Shown one piece after another: positions 50,714-63,650 of a stretch of 64,000 nt of DNA. Numbering within the stretch: the first letter of the stretch is position 1; each line of letters starts with the position of its first letter. The stretch lies in the NCBI GenBank assembly GCA_028534125.1, contig CM052816.1, forward strand, positions 24,678,001 through 24,742,000, written 5' to 3'. The DNA is from Lama glama. Taxonomy: Eukaryota. Below the pieces are notes generated by a model. That model was not told the origin of the DNA. It was given only the letters and a program-made list of their open reading frames with translations, and did no database searches. A program made the position numbers and the translations under genes.

Positions 50714-52593
50714 CAGCAGACAAACCTGAGAGAAGCAAGGCTGCAGAGGAACTGTAACCATCTCCAAACAACAAATCAAAGGGAAGTGTCTCAGGAGAGA
50801 TTTCTAATTAGCACACATTTGTCCTTGTAGCCAAACCAGAGTGTAAGGCAAATGACACCATGGGCCCTGGCATCCTTAGGTCACAAAATCATGGAAACTT
50901 TCCTGGGTTCCTTTGGGAAGTCTCCTGAGCCTCTTGCTGCCTTAAGGTATACTGAAATAGATTCTTAGACTGACCTTTTCCTTAGCGTTATCACCAAGTT
51001 TTTAGTAGTGATAACTATAATGCTCTGTAGCTTAAGATATTTTACGGGCAGCAAGGCAATTTTAAAAAGTCTCACATCTGTGAGCCTGAGAGCTAATAAC
51101 ATCTGAGATGGTTCTCTGACATCTTGAAGAGATTGCCTCTGTTTCTTATTTCTTTTATTTCTTTTCTGCCTCCTCTTTAATAAAAGCAAACTTATTTCAG
51201 TAAGCCTTCATTCAAGTGGAGTACAAACTGATATTATAAGCAAATATAGGCAAATCATATTACAGTAAGACAGTCAGGGTTCCTAGAGTAGCAACTGGTA
51301 ACATCTATGGTTGCTCATGGAAAAAGTGCACAAGGTTGCAAAGCTGTCACTAAAGATCTGTAATTTGCTGGGGAAATCATTGTAGAGATCCTTTCCCTAC
51401 TTTTAAATGTGCTGAGATCAAACCTGCTCAATCCTTGAGACAGAGGAGAGGTAATAAATGAAGATGCAGCATCACATGAATAAAATTCAAGTTGCCTTTG
51501 TTAGGAGAGCAGCTTCAGCACCTTCTCCATGCATTTTGCCCAATCTGCATAGATATGTGCATTAGTAGTGGTCTTGAACGTGTCTGTTCTGCATTAATTC
51601 ACATTTCTGACTGGCGTATGCTGGAGGCTGGCCTGAGTCACCTTTGTTTTATTAAAGGTGCATTTAAGGTCAACTACCACTAACTGCATTGTTAAATATT
51701 GATTTAGCCATTTAAATTAATGTAATTTTCAGTCCTTTCCCTACTTAATGTACACCAGCACCCCAGTGACCCAGACAGACAGAAGATCAATATGTGGGCA
51801 CTCAGCTCGTATCGAAGCTGGGTTGACTGCTTTGCATGCTTGCTTGTTTTCCCATGGAAGCCAAAGTGTTCAAGATAATGGGCCATTTGCTTATTTACTG
51901 ACCCCTTGCAAAACTTCTGAATGTTTTCATCTACTGCAGAATGTTTCTGACCTATTTAGTGGTCAGTGTTTCTCAGGGTTCAGAATGACAGGTTTCCCTG
52001 TGGAGGGAAAAACAGTATCCACAAAGCAAAAACCACAACCTGTAAGATTGTAACAGCAAGGTCTGCATGACATGGATTCATAACATTTCAGACCACAAGC
52101 CTTAGAATTACTTTACTCAGCGCCCTCATTTTACTGTTGATGGAATGGTGAGTTTAAATGACTTTTCAAACTGCTCGGGTAAGAACTAGCGTCCTGGACT
52201 TTCAAATACTCTTTCATTACACTTACCAACCTCTAGTCCATATCATTTGTCTTTATGCAAATGAGGTAAAGTACCGGAATTCTGTGATCATATTCATTAA
52301 AAACATCACTGAATCAGGCTAAAGAGAGCTTGGTATTAAAATGAAGTATCTTTGCACAGACCAAACGAGAGACTATCCCTAAAGAGGTCACAGTGATACT
52401 TGCCTCCTTTGGAAAATTTCAGCTTCACTCTTAGACCACTAGACAGTACCAAGTGGCTTCACTTATTCTAGTTTAACATAAAGATAGAAGAAAAACCAGA
52501 TGTTGAGATGATAATCTATAGTTGATGTATGTTCTTTTCCTTCCTAGCCTACATGTAAGTCTAAAGGTTCCAGGGGGCCATGTTTGCCTCCAG

Positions 52594-52616
52594 GTATGTA
52601 TGTATGTATGTATGTA

Positions 52617-52682
<66 letters not shown>
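52594..52682. repeat. Compound microsatellite (GTAT)n-(TG)n-(TA)n
   Basis: Directly visible: about 6 GTAT, 12 TG and 19 TA units. Confidence 0.97.
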
Positions 52683-52683
<1 letters not shown>

Positions 52684-52685
<2 letters not shown>

Positions 52686-52735
52686 CATTTTTAGGCAAAG
52701 AATATATATATATATATTCTTTGCCTAAAAATGTA
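52684..52735. repeat. Perfect 52-bp palindrome
   Basis: tacatttttaggcaaagaatatatat|atatatattctttgcctaaaaatgta. The two halves are exact reverse complements. Confidence 0.97.
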
Positions 52736-53394
52736 GCTAACATTCAAGGAAACAGAGACAAGAAATGAAAGAGGGAGACCAAGCCCTGGTGACATGAAGT
52801 GTCTGGAAGTAAGTTAGTGATACCTCTGAAAATTTAGTTTGTATAAATCAATAAATTTGCCTAAGTTGGTTTGTTTTTGGAAAACCACAACCCAGAGTCT
52901 CAACTTCATGGCAAATATATAAGCTGAGTTGGGTGTTTGAGAGATACCTGGACCTTGGTGGGTATAGGGCCAAGTTTCTAAGTCATAAGATAGTTTAAAG
53001 GTAATTTTTGATAGCGTTTCTAACTGTATTATAAAAGGCCAGGTGATGATCTGGTAAACATCTATATCCAAGATCTCTCTCTCTCTTCAGTTTGGATCTA
53101 GACAAACACGTATCTGCTGTAAAGGCATTGTAAATTGACATTTTATTTCCGAAGCTCTTACATAATGTCAGTGCTTTCTAGTGTGTAATAACAGCTTAAT
53201 AACTGTAGGGCATTTCTGTCATGTAAAAGCCATAGTTAATAAAGTCAGTTTTTTGCCAAAGCTTTCCCTTTAGAAAAAGCTGTTCAATTCCAAAACTGAA
53301 ATTGATTCTCCATTAAGAAAGGGAAGCAAAGAAATTGAAATTATCCAAGACTTTTAGTATTGGAAGAGTAGCCTCAGAGATGGGTGCAAGACTC

Positions 53395-53510
53395 TCAATT
53401 TACAGGTAACACCGAGACTCAGAGGTGTAGTGATGTGGCCTCAGGTGTACAGCTCATTGAGCTGTGGAGCTGACACTGGTACCCACATCGCCAGCCATGC
53501 ACTTTTTCCT
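53395..53510 (-). mobile_element. MIR fragment
   Basis: tcaatttacaggtaacaccgagactcagaggtgtagtgatgtggcctcaggtgtacagct. Confidence 0.6.
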
Positions 53511-55370
53511 GCTCTGACTCTCATAGCCCAATGGGTTGATTAGTCTCTCTCCTCTTAGTTGGCGGCAATCTGGGAGATATTTTCTATTGCAGGGTTGTCT
53601 GGGGTCAAAGACTTCTAACGTTTAGATGATATAGGACAGTGGCACTATTTAAAGACAGCCGCAGAAGTAATTTAGTTTATGCCCACATTCTCTAAGTCCA
53701 AAGGTGTTGTGGCCCTCTAGTCTCGGTAGAGATGAGGAATGTAATTAGAAAATAGAAGTTTAAACCAGGCAAGAAGAATTAAATTAACTGGAACAAACAC
53801 AATAAACAGAATCAAATCTTTTGTCTCAGCACCTGGTTTCACAATGAAGCACAGGGATCAATAACAAAGCCCATGCAGCTTTTTGGTGACATCTCTACCT
53901 GCTGCAGGCGGCACTGGTGGCAGATTTGATCATCCCGTTTCTTTGGGTGGTTTTTATTCACATCACATAGATCTCCTTGAAAACAGTCTGCAGTTATGTG
54001 CAATCAAATGAACTTGCTCATTGACATAGAGGAGGTTTGAAATATAAAAAAATATTAGATATTGATGACTTTCACCTCTTTTAAGGTATTGGCTGTAGTG
54101 TACACAGAACAAAAGTCTATAAGCACTAAAGCATCAAAATTATAAAACGTCTGGATGTGAAGTTAATAAAGCTGAAACTACTTTTTTCTTAAACAAAGGC
54201 AGATGCTTTGTGTAGATGGATATCTCTTTTCTCTGTTCTAGGCATTTACTTTCATTTTTGAAAGCCTTTTAAGTGCTACATGAGGCACCTGGCCCTGGAG
54301 TGAAAAGAGATTAAAAACACCTTGGGGAATCTTAATTCCTTCGAAACCTCTTTTTCCCCCTTAAAAAAAGCGTTGGTCTGCAATGAAAGAAATACGGAAC
54401 TGTATCTACCTTATGAATAATCTCCTCTCTTTTCTCTTCCTCCTGCCCCGGAGTCCCAGAGCTTGCTGATAGATAGGTGGTGATTAAAAATTCTCATTGT
54501 GACCACATGCCTTGTGCCCTCTCTTTTTCATTCTGCAGTTGGGTATCAAAGCTGTAGTATCTATGTTCTTTGAAGACTAAGCAGGTTGGACATGCAATTT
54601 AGATGAAAAACAATTACTCTGTGTTAGCTTGCTTTTGGCAAGAGTGTGTGAAGCCTCATCTCACTGATGGGAACAAAAGCTGCACATCATCTTCATGAAT
54701 TTCAAATGAGAGAGGGAGAAAAAGAAGGAAACTGCGTTTTCTGGCAGGAGCTTTTCTGTGTAACCTTTCCCTGATGAGTTGGTTCCTTTTTTGATAGAAT
54801 ACCCTCAGCATTGGCTTGGATAAGAATGCATTTGTCTCCTATGCACAGACGGTGCCAGTGATCATGCGTGCGGGTCTGTGGGTGGGAAGGTTTCAAAACA
54901 CAGAAAGGGGACTAAACAGCTGAAGTACATGCTGGGGCATTTTTTTGAACTTATAAAAAGAAGACAATTAATGGATACAACGCACTGATACTTTTCGTTT
55001 TAAATGTGTTTGGTCTTGAGAAAAAGCAAACAATGGGCATACTTGTGAACCGGCTATGTTTTAAGTTAGATTGAGCCTTAAGGAACCCTTAGTTTAGAGA
55101 CTTAAATTGGCTCATCAACTTCTGAGTAATGTGTAGCACATTGCTTGTGATGTCGTTGTTTATAATGGCCATTGAGAGAGAGCCCTCAGACCCAAGTGGG
55201 CAGTTGCTGTGTGAGGACCAGACTGGCTCTTAGGAGGCCCATGCTGGCCATCAGTATTACTCAGTTAAAAAACACCAAAGAAACATCAAAGGCAGTAGTA
55301 AAAGGGAATGAAAGTCTCCCAAACCCAGCAGACATCATGTGTGTTTGTAGGGGTGTGTGTTAAGAAGAAG

Positions 55371-55535
55371 CAGAGCTGGCTTCATGGGCAAGCGACTTGT
55401 GCAGTCACCCAGGGCCCTGTATTTAGAAAGCTCCCCACTTTATGCTCTACTGTGACTCTCTTGAAATTTTCAGTCATTTTGAACAAAGAGCCTACCACTT
55501 TGCACTGAACCGTACATATTTCATAGCTAGTCCTA
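55371..55535 (+). mobile_element. MER91A-like hAT MITE
   Basis: cagagctggcttcatgggcaagcgacttgtgcagtcacccagggccc...tttgcactgaacc...tagctagtcct. Confidence 0.8.
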
Positions 55536-56134
55536 AGGAGGAGAGAGACTTTATCATGGAGAATGGAGGATGGAGGATAGAGGGCTGTTCTTGGAGAGGG
55601 TACCGTGGCTCTCTGCTGTCTGAATTTTCCAGCCGGGGCACAACTTTCCTAGTAAAACCAGTGTAGCCAGTTGCTCCTGTGGGTCAAGCTCAGGAATGAT
55701 CCTCTTCTGGAGAAGATGCTGAATGTAGCTGCTCCAGGTGACATGTGTCTCTTCACATATTCACCTTAGCATGTTTCATTCTTAAGAAGCAAAACCTGTA
55801 CTGTAACTGAGGCTAATACTGCCTGAATGACTTCAACATGAGATGTGATTTGTTGACTTATGGCTAACATGTGGAAAAAGCAAATATTTTCTTCTGGAAA
55901 GCAAGATCTAGATTTCACTTTAGGCTTGGAACAGATTTTTATATCTGTATGGCATTTATGGTTTAAAATTAAATTTTAGTTACCCTTTATAACCTATTGT
56001 CAAAGTCTGGTCTCTAAGCTGGCCAGTGTTGGAACTTTGGTAAAATTCGACTGAATTTCTCAAATTTAAACATATCATATAGGCAAAAAAGTGGCTAGGG
56101 ACTTGATGAGATATACCTTAGGATATTTCTGAGG

Positions 56135-56355
56135 CAGTAGTGCCTAGAGAAAAGTCCTAGAAGTGAGAGAAATTGGGCCTGAGTTCTGACTCTGCTATTA
56201 AGCTCTGCAAGAGCTGCATGCTTTTAGGAAAGTCATTTCATTATCTGAGACTCAGTTTCGTTAACAGTGACATGAAGGTAAGAATGTTACCTTGCAGGCA
56301 TATGTCAGAATTAAATGAAGTAATAAATATAAAGTGATCAGAACAGTCCACAATA
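56135..56355 (+). mobile_element. MIR
   Basis: gcctgagttctgactctgctattaagct...aagtcatttcattatctgagactcagtttcg. Confidence 0.7.
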
Positions 56356-58174
56356 CTTGGAGCTTTTTTTAAAAAAATAACTTTATGTGTTTAATTATTT
56401 AGAGTAACTGGCTATAATTCTCTCTTCCCCATCTTAACTCTTACATGGACTAAACTCACTATTCAAAAACCATGTTCCTTCCAGTGAGATTTCCCATGTG
56501 CATTTAGGAAAGAAAAGAAAACAATCAAGAAAGTATAAACTAACTTTACTTAATTTAAAAGAATGTTTCTTGATAAACTGTTTATAACTCTTCTGTGTAA
56601 TTTATGTGACTTCCTACTCAGAAGGCTTAGCGTTAGATCTATACAGAGTGTAGATCTAGGTTTTTCCTCACTCTAAATCTGAATGTTTCCTTTTATATTA
56701 TATAGCTTCCCAAATGTCCACAGAGATAATGTCCCCCCCTAGCACAAATTACAAGAATATGTTGTTATTTTAGAAGATATTAAGAAAGTGTTCAAGCTAG
56801 TCTGAAACCCATAACAACATAATAAAATATAAATAGTTTCTGCCTTGTTCACTCCTAATAGTAAGCTTGTAAGTTGCACTCCACTGCCATGTATCTGCCT
56901 TGGAGGAGGCCTTGTTTCATGGTCAACGTCACAGCTGTGAAATTGAAACCTCTGGTTTCCATCCTACGAGTGAGATCCTCTGAGGTGTTTGGTGGGGGTT
57001 TTACAAATACAGGGTGTTTATAAATTCCTCATGCCATTTTAAAGTTTGATAACTTGTATATCGTAGAAGCAGACTGTAAACATATCAGGCAAACAGTACC
57101 CAGTTCAAACATCTAGATTTCAGCACAAGCACCATCTTTAGTGATGCATTGTTCCTTTTGATTTTCCAAGCCTTTGAAAACATTCGCCATTTGGTGCTGA
57201 GTGATTTTATGAACTGCCTCTATGAGCACAATCCTAAATTTAGTCAAAGTGTGTGGTTTTGATGAGGAGGCAGCTTTATGTAAGTCCTGGGAAAAAAACA
57301 GTCTGAAAGGAACAGGTGGATAGAAGGTAGCTTTGTAATTCATCCAGGTCTGCCGGTACATTTTCTAAAATAGGCATTATGGATGAATCATTAACCATTT
57401 GAAATAAAATCACACAGGAATAAAAGTACAGTGAAAAACAATGAGATTGTCATAATTAGGGAAAAATTTCATCACATCTCAAAGTAACACCACATAAACC
57501 ATGTATATATTTTACAAAAAAGGATCAATAACTCACACTTTCCTGAGAGCAGATATTGAATAAAATAAACATTAATATTAAAAACTTTCCATTATTAAAA
57601 TTTCAAATAATGTATTTTGTAAAATTACTTTTTGAATATATCTATATACTCTTTTCTCTTGAAACATATACACATGCTTCACATTGCCGCATAGATCTAC
57701 TAAATGTATTTTTCTGCCTTCCAAGGCACATGCATTTTTAAAATGAATAAATCATTTAAGTCAGTCAAGTGATTGGTATGCTGACTGTGTTAGTAGAGGA
57801 GAACTTCCATCACTTTTAGAAAATATATCACCTCTCTTTCATACAGTTCTCCTCTTCCGGGAAACTCCTGGTCAAACTAAGAGAAAACATTGTAAAATAA
57901 ATGAAAATTTTACTAGAATAGTTGTAATTTGATTATGGTACCTGGTTATACTAGTACAGGACAGTGATTAGGGTAACATTTTGCTTCGTGTTCCATAGTT
58001 ATTTGAAGTTACTTGTTTATTTTACTAACTTCATTATTTTTGCAAAGAATTTTAGATTAGCTGTAGTATAATTTCATCACACCTTTTCATGGCTTTTAAA
58101 AATGAAGATGTAAGCTATATTCAGTGATTTGCATTAGGATGGCCACCGTTGATGAACCTTTGGGAGGAACATGA

Positions 58175-58380
58175 TTCAGAAGAAAGAAGTCAGCTTCACG
58201 GTCAGATCTAGGTTTGGGGACTGCCAGCATTCTTCAGCATCACATGGCCCTGAGGGAAGTGTTTAAAATTCTTTGCCTTGGTTTTTTAATCTGGGAAGGT
58301 TGTTGTTAAGATGAGAAGTGAAACACAAAATACCCAGTACACTTGATGGAATGAGTCAGTAGATGGTAGCTGACAATGCT
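58175..58380 (+). mobile_element. MIR fragment
   Basis: gtcagatctaggtttg...ggaagtgtttaaaattctttgccttggttttttaatctg...ggttgttgttaagat. Confidence 0.5.
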
Positions 58381-60114
58381 GATTACAGACTGGTTTGTGC
58401 TGAATCGTCTAGACTTCTGCACACACTTTCATAAAGCCGGAACACCCAAAGCTTATGAATTGCTCTTAAACTCCTTTCTACAAAGTGAGTTTTGAAAATC
58501 TACAGAAATATAAATCTATAGCTCACAGTATAAAGTTGTGTTCAATAGTAGCCTTTTGACCTTTCTTTGGTTTTGTTTATAACAAAAATAATGGATTTTT
58601 TTCAGCTTTGGAATATAGCTTGATGCTAAAATTAGTAGTCATCTTTACCAATCAATGTGGATAGCGAAATTGCCTTTTTGAAAAACTGTGTCCACTTAGA
58701 TTTCTTATGTTATATGTATGTAAAATGAGGCCATCTTTTATTGCCTGAAAGTCAGAGTTTGTTAAATGATTGAACAGAACTTGAAACACTGCTGTTCTCA
58801 AATGCTAGGGTTTCTTTTTGGTAGAGAATTCAGAGAATTTTTTTTTTATAAGTAGAAATTAGAATGCAATATGGCTTTTTCCCCCTTAAAAGCAGTTCAG
58901 AGATCTATTTCTATTTTAGATTTTCCTAAATTTCCACTTAAGTACTATGAATTGTAATAGAGATTGGTCTTTTCGTTATGCATCATTTTGTCGGCTATAA
59001 TTAAACAGAATGCCTGGAGTGCTCCAGTTGAACATATATGACAGTGAATTGGTGATCAAACAATTGTTGTCAAATGAAACAATGCCAATAAGTGACATCT
59101 GCTTTTGCTCAGAACCTCACACAGTTCTGGCATGTATCTACTTTCCTATAAATTTTGAGCATCAAAGACGCTGAAAATTCTTTTTATATTGATTTTTCCC
59201 GGTTGATTTTGTTTAATGAAACTAATGTGCAGTTGTTGAGAATGAACATATAAAGGGGCATTGGAAACATGTGGCATTTGTCTAATATTCAGGAAAATAG
59301 GCTAATAACTCTGAAAAGAAAACTGATTCAGAATATGATCCAGAACATATGCTCGGATAAATCTCGGAGACTGAATTCATCTTGAGCATGAAATGTTAGA
59401 ACCTCTGAGAGTATTCACTGGAAATCCAGAAACACTGTCTGGTCCTGACACATTTCTTCTTTCAATAAAAACCAGATCTGGGCTAGTGCTAGTGTTAAGC
59501 CCTGGGGTAGCTGAAATGAAGCTGACAGCAGGTGAAATTCCACTGTTTATCATACCAGCTACATGGGTAACTTAAATACTCCACCCCCAACATTTTGACA
59601 CAATGCAATTAATTTGATTTTGACAGACGGCATTTGTTTGTTTGAAAAGGTTATTGCTAAAAGTACCATCTTCAGATAAATGTGCTCAGATTTGTATTTT
59701 AGAAGTATTTCACAGCTACATTTTTATAAATAGGTTGGAAAATGGCTCAACACTGATTTATGCTTGACAGCTAGTTTTACTGGTATTCAGAATTTCTGCA
59801 AGGATACTTTGACTTGTTCCCTTGAGTCTTCACAGCTCATGAAAACTCGAAACAGCATTAAAGACAAGAGGAAAAAAATCTTTAACACAGTACGTTCAAA
59901 CCTCAGTGGATTTTGCTCCAGATTTTCCAAACTGGTTTCAGTTTGGAACCATTCTTTTTTCAATTATTTGTTTGAACAATTATTGCAATTGTTTCAGTGT
60001 GTTCAGTGAAAAATAAAAGGCCTGCTCAGTACTTAATTTAGACAGGAAAATACTCAGGTTGAAGCACTGAATAGATTGGATAAATGAGCATTTATATGTG
60101 TCTATTTTTCTTGT

Positions 60115-60335
60115 TGGTTAAGAACATGGATTCTGGAGTCTAACTCCTTGTCTTCCAAATAGGTTCTGCAGGAGATGTTGCACAAGTTACTAAACTTTTT
60201 TTGTTTCAGTTTCCCTCTCTATTTAAATATGGATGCTATATGGACGAAAGTTATGAGGATTAAATCAGTTAATGCATTTAAGAATTTAGAAATGCTTGGC
60301 TTGTAGGGAGTTTGTGATAAATGTTAGCTTCTATT
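60115..60335 (+). mobile_element. MIR
   Basis: tggttaagaacatggattctggagtc...caagttactaaac...tcagtttccctctctat...gaggattaaatcagttaatgc...ataaatgttagct. Confidence 0.8.
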
Positions 60336-60418
60336 ATATGTGTACATATGTGTATGTGTGTATATGTACATATACATAGGACATGTATGTGTATGCATAT
60401 ATGTACATATATGTACAC
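60334..60418. repeat. Degenerate (TATG/CATA/TA)n alternating purine-pyrimidine tract
   Basis: tatatgtgtacatatgtgtatgtgtgtatatgtacatatacat...atgtacatatatgtacac. Confidence 0.8.
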
Positions 60419-61225
60419 AGTTGTGAATAAATAATATGTTGTAGGAATAGATACTGATAAACCAAAAATATATTCAGTACTTCCTCTTATGTCTTATCCC
60501 TGTTCCCATCATTGGCTATATGAAAGTTGCTATATTACCAACAATGTTTGAGTATCTTATTAACTATAATCAAAAATAATGAAAATATATATCAAAGATA
60601 TAATGGATATACATGTAGCCAAATGCTTAAAAAATTGATTACCCCTTTTCTCTCATTTTATCCACAAATATCTTCAAATATGTTGTAGGTGCAGAGAGCA
60701 TTTAAGTTGCTGGAATGATCCATCTAGAATCTTCCAGATATGTTTATATAATTGATGGTGTGTAGACATTCCCCTATGGCAATTCCATATGGATACCAGG
60801 ATGAGCAAAAGACACAATAAAGGACATCTTTGTTCCTTCTCCTTATGGGGAAGGTGATTTTTTCCCCTATGTCCTCAGTGTTCCTTGGAGACTACAATAA
60901 ATGATTGTTTTTCACCATTCCTTCACATGCCAAAGGTTTACCCCCATTTCTCTAAGGTTCCCGTATTTCTGTTTGTCAGCAGTTGTCTTGAAGCCTGGTT
61001 ACAGACCCACGTGGGTGAAGTGCTCAGAGAAGGGGGTATGGGAAAGTCCAGGAGCCCTTTCCTCACAGAGATGAAAAATGTTCTGAACTTTCCCCTCCAA
61101 AGCTTTAAGATCCACTCATCTTGTTTGATCCTGTAAATTTCACTCTCCTTTCCTCTGTGAGTGCTCAGCACAGAGCAGGATCTACTCTTCCCATTTTATG
61201 TTTTTCACTTAAAAAATCCAGTTAC

Positions 61226-62559
61226 TGGACAGCTGCATGTAAATCAATGAAGTTAGAATACTCCCTCACACCTTACACAAAAATAAACTCAATATGGCTT
61301 AAAGACTTAAGCATAAGACAAGATACTATAAACCTTTTAGAAGAAAACATAGGCAAAACATTCTCTGACATAAATCTTAGCAATGTTCTAGAGCAATTTA
61401 CCCAGGCAATAGAAATAAAAACAAACAACCCCCCCCCAAATGGGAGCTAATTAAATTTATAAGCTTTTGCACAGCAAAGGGATCCATAAGGGATCCAAAA
61501 CAAAAAGACAACCTATGGAATGAGAGAAAATATTTTCAAAAGATGAGACTGACAAGGACTTAATTTCCAGAATATATAAATAGCTTATACAATTTAATAA
61601 TAATTAAAAAAAACCCAATCCAAAAATAGGCAGAAGACCTAAACAAGCAATTCTCCAATGAAGGCATACAAATGGCTAATAGGCACATGAAAAAAAGCTC
61701 AATATTATTAATTATCAGAGAAATAAAAATCACAACTACAATGAGATATCACCTCACACCAGTCAGAATGGCCGTCATTCAAAAGTCCACAAACGATAAA
61801 TGCTGGAGAGGGTGTGGAAAAAGGGAACCCTCCTACACTGCTGGTGGGAATGTAGTTTGGTGCAGCCAATATGGAAAACAGTATGAAGAATCCTCAAAAA
61901 ACTAAAAACAGACTTACCATATGATCCAGCAATCCCACTCCTGGGCATAGATCCAGAGAGAACCTTAATTCAAAAAGATACATGCACCCCAATGTTCACA
62001 GCAGCACTATTTACAATAGCCAAGACATGGAAGTAGCTTAAGTGTCCATCGATAGATGACTGGATAGAGAAGCTGTGGTATATTTATACAATGGAATACT
62101 ACTCATCCATAAAAAGAATAAAATAATGCCATTTGCAGCAACATGGATAGACCTGGAGACTGTCATCCTAAGTGAAGTAAGCCAGAAAGAGAAAGAAAAA
62201 TACCATATGGTATCATTTATATGTGGAATACAAAAAAGACAAATGAACTCATTTACAAAACAGAAACAGACTCAACAGACATAGGAAACAAACTTATGGT
62301 TACCAGAGGAGGGAGAGGGTAGGAAGGGATAAATTGGGAGTTCGAGATTTGCAGATACTAGCCACTATATATAAAATAGATAAACAACAGTTTCTTCTGT
62401 ATAGCACAGGGAACTATATTCAATATCTTGTAGTAACCTATAATGAAAAAAGAATATAAAAATGAATGTATGTATATGTATGACTGAACTATTATGTTGT
62501 ACACCAGAAATTGACATAACATTGTAAACTGACTGTACTTTACTAAAAAAAGAGTGCAA
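61226..62559 (+). mobile_element. 5'-truncated lineage-specific L1 with perfect TSD
   Basis: Frameshifted ORF2 pieces [38 protein letters not shown] and MPFAATWIDLE. TSD aaaaaatccagttac at 61211-61225 and 62560-62574, following a TT|AAAA site. Confidence 0.95.
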
Positions 62560-63159
62560 AAAAAATCCAGTTACCTTTTCTTGAATATTGCACTGGGCCT
62601 GCTGACATCAGAGTTCTCGCATCTCTAGTTTCCATCATTTTTTCTGCTTGAAGCTGTCACACGCACCTCAGCCAGAGACTGTGTGTGAAGGACCGAGACA
62701 GTCCTTTCGTTCAGGAAGGGCTCACGTTATCATTTGCTTAACGTGAGTCTCAGTTGCTTAACGAATGATATTTCCTCATCCGTCAACTATTTTCGATTTA
62801 GTTGTATCAGTATCTACAGTCTTCTGCTGTTCAGAAATGCTAAGACAGGTACAGCCTGGAGGGGCAAGGACTGTCCATTACTCAGTGAGCCTACAGGGTC
62901 AAGAGTCTTGAGTCCTGAGTCCTGAGTCCCGAGGTCCATTCCTTTGTCACTCTCTGTGACTACCAAATCCGGCCAGGAGTCTGCAACATATTCTCTTTGA
63001 CACACTACCATCAAATCTCTGATGAATTTACAATTTCTTATTCTTGGGAATTCAGCAATGAGAACAAGTGTCAATTTTCCTGATGGTGTTTGAAAGGATG
63101 ATGTTCTGAACTGAATTTCTGGGAGGTATAATGCTAGTTAAAATAAAGACATTAAACTG

Positions 63160-63375
63160 AAAATAATAATAACAACCACCATTGTTGAGGTTCTGCTTTG
63201 TGCCAGACACCATTACATGTATCTGTTGAGCTACGAAATTGCACAGTAACCTTACAAGGTAGAAGTTACTATTCTCATTTTACCACAGGCAGGCTGAAGC
63301 TTGGAGCGGGGAAGATTGTTGCTCAGTATTGCGTATCACTAAAGAGAGAAGTGAAGTCTCCTGGCAACTAAATCC
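63160..63375 (-). mobile_element. MIR
   Basis: ctttgtgccagacacc...cacagtaaccttacaaggtag...tattctcattttacc...ggctgaagct. Confidence 0.7.
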
Positions 63376-63650
63376 TCTTTTTTCCCTGCGGGGAAGTTTA
63401 GCTGCTAAGATGCTCCAGTGTGTTTTGAATGTCTGGCATGTTTTGTTTTGGGGAGGAATTGCATAATGATGGAGATGCCAAAGGAAGTGCTAACGCACTA
63501 TGAGATAGCGTGAGACTTTTTGCCCCTTAGCAAGCTGGCTTTGGTCATCTGTGAGTATGCTGTCCCGAGGAAGGATGTAAGGTGGGCTGCCAGGCAAGGC
63601 CAGTGGGGCTCCTTGCCTTCTCCCATAGTCTGCTCATCAGAGGGCCTGGC

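Noticed and set aside
51514..51535. REST/RE1 site (TTCAGCACC)
   Set aside because: Left half only; the GGACAG half is missing.
52581..52599. Plus-strand AG|GTATGT recursive-site-like motif
   Set aside because: The donor half comes from the (GTAT)n microsatellite, so it is likely coincidental.
52473..52768. YIYI/VCVC/THTH ORFs
   Set aside because: These are translations of the microsatellite.
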